NCBI GenBank assembly: GCA_963803145.1
Contig: CAWDLW010000015.1
Coordinates: 288,001-352,000, forward strand
Length of the DNA stretch: 64,000 nt
DNA from: Methanotrichaceae archaeon
GTDB taxonomy: Archaea > Halobacteriota > Methanosarcinia > Methanotrichales > Methanotrichaceae
Direction of reading: 5' to 3'
The notes under the pieces were generated by a model. That model had not been told where the DNA came from. It did no database searches and saw nothing but the letters and a program-made list of their open reading frames with translations. The translations under genes and the position numbers were made by a program. How positions within the stretch are numbered: the stretch's first letter is position 1; every line of letters begins with the position of its first letter. Of this stretch, positions 58,739 to 64,000 are shown piece by piece.

Positions 58739-58959
58739 CTAACTGCCATCTATATCAGTCTATTGATGCTAATTTTGAGACGATAAGAGCGATAGAACAG
58801 CGACTGAATGTGGAATTGATTAGATATTGAATAATCGAGTGCTGAACGCGGATAGAATAAGAACTTCTAGATTGACGATATTTCCTAGATTGCTGAAGAG
58901 GGGCATCCGAGTCGCATTAGTAGCATTCGGCTCAGTACCTCATCAGCTTTTTTTGTGAA

Positions 58960-59268
58960 TCATGCGTGTGCTCTGGCCTGTGAAGCAGTTCCTGCTGATC
59001 TGCTCCTTCGATTCCTGGCTGCATGGCGGGTGCGTTTTCCCACTACATCTGATATCTTTACCCATTCGCCCGTTTCTTCATCCTTCTTGTACTCCTCTTT
59101 CACAGCAGACCATGCTGCCTCATGGGAGTCCTTCTCGCGCGCAAGATCGTCTTCGGCATCAGAATAATCATCCCAGGCGCTGTTGAAGGCCTTCATATAG
59201 ATCGTCTTGGCACGGCTAGGAAGATTGCGGACACTTTTGGGCAACTCGTTTATGTTCTCGTAAGGCAT
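58960..59268 (-). CDS. ChaB-family protein
   Basis: ELPKSVRNLP..IYMKAFNSAW..AWSAVKEEY. Confidence 0.9.
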   Translation of the reverse strand: MPYENINELPKSVRNLPSRAKTIYMKAFNSAWDDYSDAEDDLAREKDSHEAAWSAVKEEYKKDEETGEWVKISDVVGKRTRHAARNRRSRSAGTASQARAHA

Positions 59269-59402
59269 CTATACACCCCCTGCGTTTGTTGTGTGCAGGT
59301 AACCTAGTAACTATGGAGAAGGTAGTTTAAAGGTTTTCTGGTTGCTGTGTCTTAGTGTGTCACGGCATATTGATATAACCATATACAGTTGCCTCAATTG
59401 TG

Positions 59403-60574
59403 GGTAGTCTACCTTAGATAAGTTGTTATATTATCAACTGCAATCATATAATTGGAGGAATACAATGATGAATGAACAATTGGTTCCTCCAAGCACGTTT
59501 TGCTGGAACCAAGAGTGTATCGACTATTGCAAAGTAAAAAATGAAAACATCATAAAATTTGGCCGAACCGCCAAAGGAACACAACGCTATCGATGTAAGA
59601 CCTGTGGGAAGACATTCGTTGAAAACATAGGTACAGTATTCTATGGTCGCCATCATAGCCAGGATACAATTCTAAAATGCTTAGCCTTGCTGGCCGAACG
59701 CAATAGTCTGGCATCCATCCATCGGGTTATGGGGATTAAAGAAGAAACAGTTATGGATTGGCTTCACGAAGCAGCTAGCCACGTTGAAGAGCTAGAGGCT
59801 CTAATGCTTGCAAACTATAAACTGACTCGTGTTCAACTGGATGCTATGTGGTCATACGTAGGAAATAAAGGCGAAAAGGGGGCTATCCAGAAGAGAACGA
59901 TCGTGGTAGCTTCTGGCGCGGTACAACGATAGATATGGATACTCGCCTTAGAGTTGGGCGGTCAATCAGGAAGAGTGAAAGCGAAGTCTCTATGGAATTG
60001 ATGGCCCAGTTGAAGGCTCGTGGTAATCCGGATAAACCTCCTGCTATCGCTACTGATGGCTATGATAGTTATCCGGAGGATATGCTTGAGACTTGGGGGA
60101 AAGTACCTGAATACTCTGGTAGAGGAAGACCGCCTACTCGAAAGAAGTCTGAGCCTGATTGGAAATGCATTCAGATAATCAAAACACGATCTGGAGGGCA
60201 TCTTGTTAGTATCCACTACAAAGTTGTCTTTGGTGATACGAAAGGGGTCTGTGATCTAATGGGCACCCATACTGCCTATATCGAGAGGACTCATCTAACA
60301 TCCAGACAGATGAATGGGCGATTTGTTAGAAAGACCATTTCGTTCTCTAAAGAGATCGAGATGCATAGGGTTTCTTGTGCCTGGGAAGATTGGGTTTATA
60401 ATTTGGCCAGGCCTAACAAGTCGTTACGAATCGATTCAGCAGAATCAAAGCGACGCTGGACGCAAAGATCTCCAGCTATGGCTGCAGGTTTGACTGATCA
60501 TATTTGGACTATAAAAGAAATCCTTATGAATGTCGTGGTTCCAGACGGGAGCAACATGAAATAGGTAGACTACC
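59403..60574 (+). mobile_element. IS1-family insertion sequence
   Basis: 12-bp IR GGTAGTCTACCT; 8-bp TSD CAATTGTG. Confidence 0.92.
59465..60564 (+). CDS. IS1-family transposase, two ORFs joined by -1 frameshift at AAAGGGG (about 59875-59881)
   Basis: Zn finger + HTH, QLDAMW; -1 frame reads GYPEENDRGSFWRGTTIDMDTRL..TDG..TAYIER. Confidence 0.85.
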
Positions 60575-60676
60575 CAATTGTGTTTAGCTCATTAAAGCGA
60601 AAGTATGCAATAGAAACTTATTCCAGCTCTATGATAACACCTTGATTGGACTATAAAAGCTTTAAAGCCAGGGCTA

Positions 60677-60976
60677 TTAAAGCTTATTGAAGTTTCTGAT
60701 AAGATCTGAGGCATCCTCCTTGCTCAGGTTCATACGCATCATCCTCGTTATAACGCAGCGTAGTGCTTCCTTCTCAGACTTCACTGGAATGCTGTCCTCG
60801 GATTTGGATGCAAGCCCATATGTTTCAAAGAGATGTTCCCGCTCATCCGAATGCCACGACGTCCCCCATTTTCCGAACATCTCTGCAGCATGGTCCAAAA
60901 GGTGCTGGTCGAACATCTCTGGCCGCCTGCAACCCTCTATCTGCCTCAGGAATTCCGCCTTCTTCAGAACAATCAC
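60677..60976 (-). CDS. Hypothetical protein
   Basis: 99-aa ORF, helical composition. Confidence 0.6.
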   Translation of the reverse strand: MIVLKKAEFLRQIEGCRRPEMFDQHLLDHAAEMFGKWGTSWHSDEREHLFETYGLASKSEDSIPVKSEKEALRCVITRMMRMNLSKEDASDLIRNFNKL

Positions 60977-61145
60977 CTGAGCCCCATTAATCCCTAATGG
61001 ATTTAGCCATTTCTTACCGTTCTCTCAACGCTTAATTGATGATCTATGTAGATACTATAAGGCTGAAACAGGATGCTCAAGAATCATTAATATTTATAGA
61101 AATTTATAACCAATTCATGGCTGGCGGCTAACCAGTAGTGATCAA

Positions 61146-61210
61146 GTGAACTCCACTCACGGCCTGAAGGATGGGGACTTCCCGCTTCGTCCTTCGCAAT
61201 CCTACAAGTT
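61146..61210 (-). mobile_element. Solo IS200/IS605 (TnpB-type) right-end remnant
   Basis: Minus strand GAAGCGGGAAGTCCCCATCCTTCAGGCCGTGAGTGGAGTTCAC resembles the GAAGCCCC..CTTCAG..GGGGTAGTTCAC terminal hairpin. Confidence 0.55.
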
Positions 61211-61249
61211 AAATTCCAAAAAAAGGTTCAGAAGGGACAGTTTTATATT

Positions 61250-62362
61250 TTATACGTAACCGGCTGTTCCGGGCTCAACATAGATAATCTTAGGTACGCC
61301 GCTCTGGAAGTATATGCTCTTTGGATAGTTGAACTGGCCATCAGATACCCTTATATCGTGGTACATGTTGCCCTTCACATTGAAGCTGAAGCTCCCATCG
61401 CCACTGGTTTCACTGCCGATGTATGCCCCATCTAGAAAGACCTGATATCCTCTCATCCCGTTGGACTTGATGGTCACAGGAACATCCCCTGTTGTGGGAA
61501 CGGGTGTTGCTACAGGTGCTGGTCCAGGCACTTGATTATACTGCTGGCTAGTTTGCTGCTGGTTATATTGTTGGCCATATTGCTGAGTGTATTGCTGGCT
61601 GTAAGTCTGAGTGTATTGGTTCGATCCCTGGTTGGCAGGTCCTTGTGGCGGCATCTGCTGCGTCGGGATCTGTTGAGGAGCAGGCGCTGGGATCACATCG
61701 ACTATTATGGCATTGCTCGGCTGGCCGTTTGCAATGAACAGCAGGATATGTCTTCCGATATTATCTGCAGCAAAATACATGTTATTATAGAGACTGTAGA
61801 GCGAATATTGCTTGCTCGTGACGTTCATAGCCGCAACCGGGAAGTTCGTCTGGAATATCTCATATAGCTCAGCCTGGCCGCCTGCAGGAGTAAAGGCCAT
61901 TAGCTGAAGTCCAGTTCCAACAGGGCATACGACATATTGGGACCAATCTGACATTCCCTGTATCCAGAGCTCATTTCCTCTGCTGGATGAAACGGCAGAT
62001 GTGTACTGCGAATATGCCATCTTGTGGCCGCTTACATAAATCTCAGAGGGCATCTTATGAGTGATATCCACTCGGGTAGGAATGCTCACTATTCCCATTA
62101 CAGGCATAGGCGTGCCAGTGTAGTACTCCCTGAAGAACGAATATGCTTGGCTGAAGTTATAGGATGAGTCTGATGCAGTATTGAACTGGAAGTCAAATCC
62201 CGGCATATCAGCTCCGAATCCAGGAACTGTAAAGTTAAAGAGGTCTTCATTATCCATTCCGCTGGTCAGGCCTAAGGATTGCTGCATAGAGAATCCGCTC
62301 TGTGCGGCTGCAGATCCCATGAAGAGTGCCAGAAAGATTAAACATATAACCCTAAATTTCAT
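61250..62362 (-). CDS. Secreted protein with Q/P-rich linker and C-terminal PEGA-like beta domain
   Basis: Signal peptide; NELWIQG; GYQVFLDGAYIG. Confidence 0.75.
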   Translation of the reverse strand: MKFRVICLIFLALFMGSAAAQSGFSMQQSLGLTSGMDNEDLFNFTVPGFGADMPGFDFQFNTASDSSYNFSQAYSFFREYYTGTPMPVMGIVSIPTRVDITHKMPSEIYVSGHKMAYSQYTSAVSSSRGNELWIQGMSDWSQYVVCPVGTGLQLMAFTPAGGQAELYEIFQTNFPVAAMNVTSKQYSLYSLYNNMYFAADNIGRHILLFIANGQPSNAIIVDVIPAPAPQQIPTQQMPPQGPANQGSNQYTQTYSQQYTQQYGQQYNQQQTSQQYNQVPGPAPVATPVPTTGDVPVTIKSNGMRGYQVFLDGAYIGSETSGDGSFSFNVKGNMYHDIRVSDGQFNYPKSIYFQSGVPKIIYVEPGTAGYV

Positions 62363-62641
62363 CAATCGCACCTCGGCTGGAGGTCTGCCCATATCGTATA
62401 TAGCTTTGAGTTTCCTGTGAACCTCATCTAGAGATCACGAGAACAGAGACGGCGATCTGAATGTCTCATATGACCCCGGAGAGGGATACGTTTGATCTAA
62501 TTTTACCGGCTGCAATTTAAACTGCATAATATCGGGTCAAGTGGGGGACCGCGAGATTGAGCTGAGTTGAAGACAATGCGGGAAATCTTAATGATTCAGC
62601 AACTAGCAAAGGATAATATATCTGCCCAAAAACATGGTTCG

Positions 62642-62911
62642 TTAATCATCAGATTCATTGGCAGCAATCATAGCTTCGATAGGCTTAAGACGCTCAATGA
62701 ATGCGAGCCCTTTATTGGTTGTTTTATATAAGGTGACTGGTCCATCTATTGTTTCCAAAAATCCGTTGTTGACCAGCCCTTCCAAGTAATGGTTTGTAAC
62801 TTTGAAATTAAGATTGCAGGCATAGACGATCCTAGTTTTGGCTGCCCCTTCGCCTCTGCAGACTTCCAGGATTTTAAAAGAGATCTGTTCTTTGCTCCTT
62901 CTTCGATTCAT
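62642..62911 (-). CDS. Archaeal winged-helix regulator (HTH_45/ArnR1-like)
   Basis: RRSKEQI..IL..KTRIVYACNLN..YKTTNKG. Confidence 0.88.
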   Translation of the reverse strand: MNRRRSKEQISFKILEVCRGEGAAKTRIVYACNLNFKVTNHYLEGLVNNGFLETIDGPVTLYKTTNKGLAFIERLKPIEAMIAANESDD

Positions 62912-63329
62912 CTAAATATAATGAGGGCTTAATACATATAAAAGTATCTGAATCAGATTACTTATCAAACTTCGAATTTTCTTCAAAGGTGGAATAGACT
63001 AGACAACCATCAATCTTTCCTATGGCTTATGCCAGAATTAGTGGACCTTACAATCAAAATACCAGTACGTGGACGACTTAATCACATAGGATTGAGAGTA
63101 TGGCGAATATGAGTTCAGCAGATATCAATGGGTATTTGAGAGGCGTAAATCATCCGACAGTTGAATAGGGCCTTCCAGCAGGGAATCTCGTTGGTAAGCT
63201 ATATGCTGATCTAATAGGCAATAGATCTGCTTTTGCTTTTCTCTAATATTCAGAACGCCACTTTGCCATAGGCATGAGGGCAGAGCAATAAAATTGCCAA
63301 ATATATTCCATTATTAGTTTTATTATCGC

Positions 63330-63629
63330 TCAGTGATGGGATGAGGCCAGGGCTGCGTCTGCCTCGTTGATTATCTCATCTGCATGGAACTCACGGTTTA
63401 CATCTTTTGCAAAGCTTACGGGTCTATATGCTGCCTCGCCCGGTTTATCGAGCATTGCTACCTGTTCACGATACCATCCAGCAACATCGCCTATATTATC
63501 GCCCATATCCTTCGGCAAGGGATCTATAAATGCAAAGCATAGAGGTCGAGATCTGCCCGCGTAGCCTGCTTCTACCCCATCGGTTCTGTACTCTTTAGCA
63601 GTATGTTTGTACTCCGAAGTTCCAAGCAT
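63330..63629 (-). CDS. Hypothetical protein or gene fragment
   Basis: 99-aa ORF, no recognised motif. Confidence 0.35.
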   Translation of the reverse strand: MLGTSEYKHTAKEYRTDGVEAGYAGRSRPLCFAFIDPLPKDMGDNIGDVAGWYREQVAMLDKPGEAAYRPVSFAKDVNREFHADEIINEADAALASSHH

Positions 63630-64000
63630 TTTTGCGCACCAATAACATAATAAATCGCAATATCTTATAAATGTTTTCCTATTTTATAATTACATTAAAT
63701 AGAAGTAAATATAATGCGAGCGCGCGGAGAGTATCCTATAAATTGTGGACGAATTATTCGCGATAGCATATAATCATGATAGAAAACTATTATCAGAATA
63801 AGTAACGGGATTGTATTTGACTCAATGCCGATAGATACGATAAAGTTTTAGCGTTGGCAAAGCTCATTCTTAAGTAGGCTGTTAGATCGGAATATGAATT
63901 CTATGAAATAGAAAATCAAGGCTCTTTCAAAGAGCGGCTGCCTTTTAATAGAAAATAATGGCCATTCTGTTTGACCTAATAGCCCTAGCCTAGACCTTAA

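Noticed and set aside
58730-58751. 11-bp tandem duplication AACTGCCATCT at the M50 protease start
   Set aside because: Simple slippage with no evident effect on the ORF
63100-63168. MANMSSADINGYLRGVNHP.., faintly DUF2795-like
   Set aside because: Stops after 22 codons; resemblance too weak

Overview
Archaeal methanogen chromosome segment, most consistent with Methanothrix/Methanotrichales (mcrB-D-G-A operon without mcrC, GGAGGTGA RBSs, TATA/BRE promoters). About 1-12.5 kb is a metal/redox cluster: DUF134, FrhB-like, an unannotated 37-aa His/Cys micropeptide, CDF-NifX fusion, NifX-like protein, atwA (MCR component A2), DUF2124, DUF169, MBL hydrolase, FmdE, CMD and Usp. It is followed by a GT4 and the mcr operon. 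About 19-49 kb is mostly core genes: topA, pelota, three tRNAs (tRNA-Asn has a 17-nt BHB intron), ftsZ, alaX, nop5, RPA, top6B/A and pyrG. It also holds two degenerate enzyme paralogs (TtuA-like and ligase-like). Downstream of pyrG (about 49.4-58 kb) is an accessory/defence island with an SF2 helicase-HNH fusion, an unannotated RHH regulator beside a palindromic operator, TumE/TumA-like and VapBC toxin-antitoxin pairs and gene fragments. This island is punctuated by four copies of an unrecognised 120-190 bp hairpin-rich repeat, and a fifth copy lies at 27.1 kb. Four complete IS elements have readable IRs and TSDs (IS481, two IS1, IS701). Best leads: the dispersed structured repeat delimiting defence/TA modules, the NifX-atwA operon near mcr, and the Hpn-like His/Cys micropeptide. 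Family assignments come from motif recognition, not database searches.
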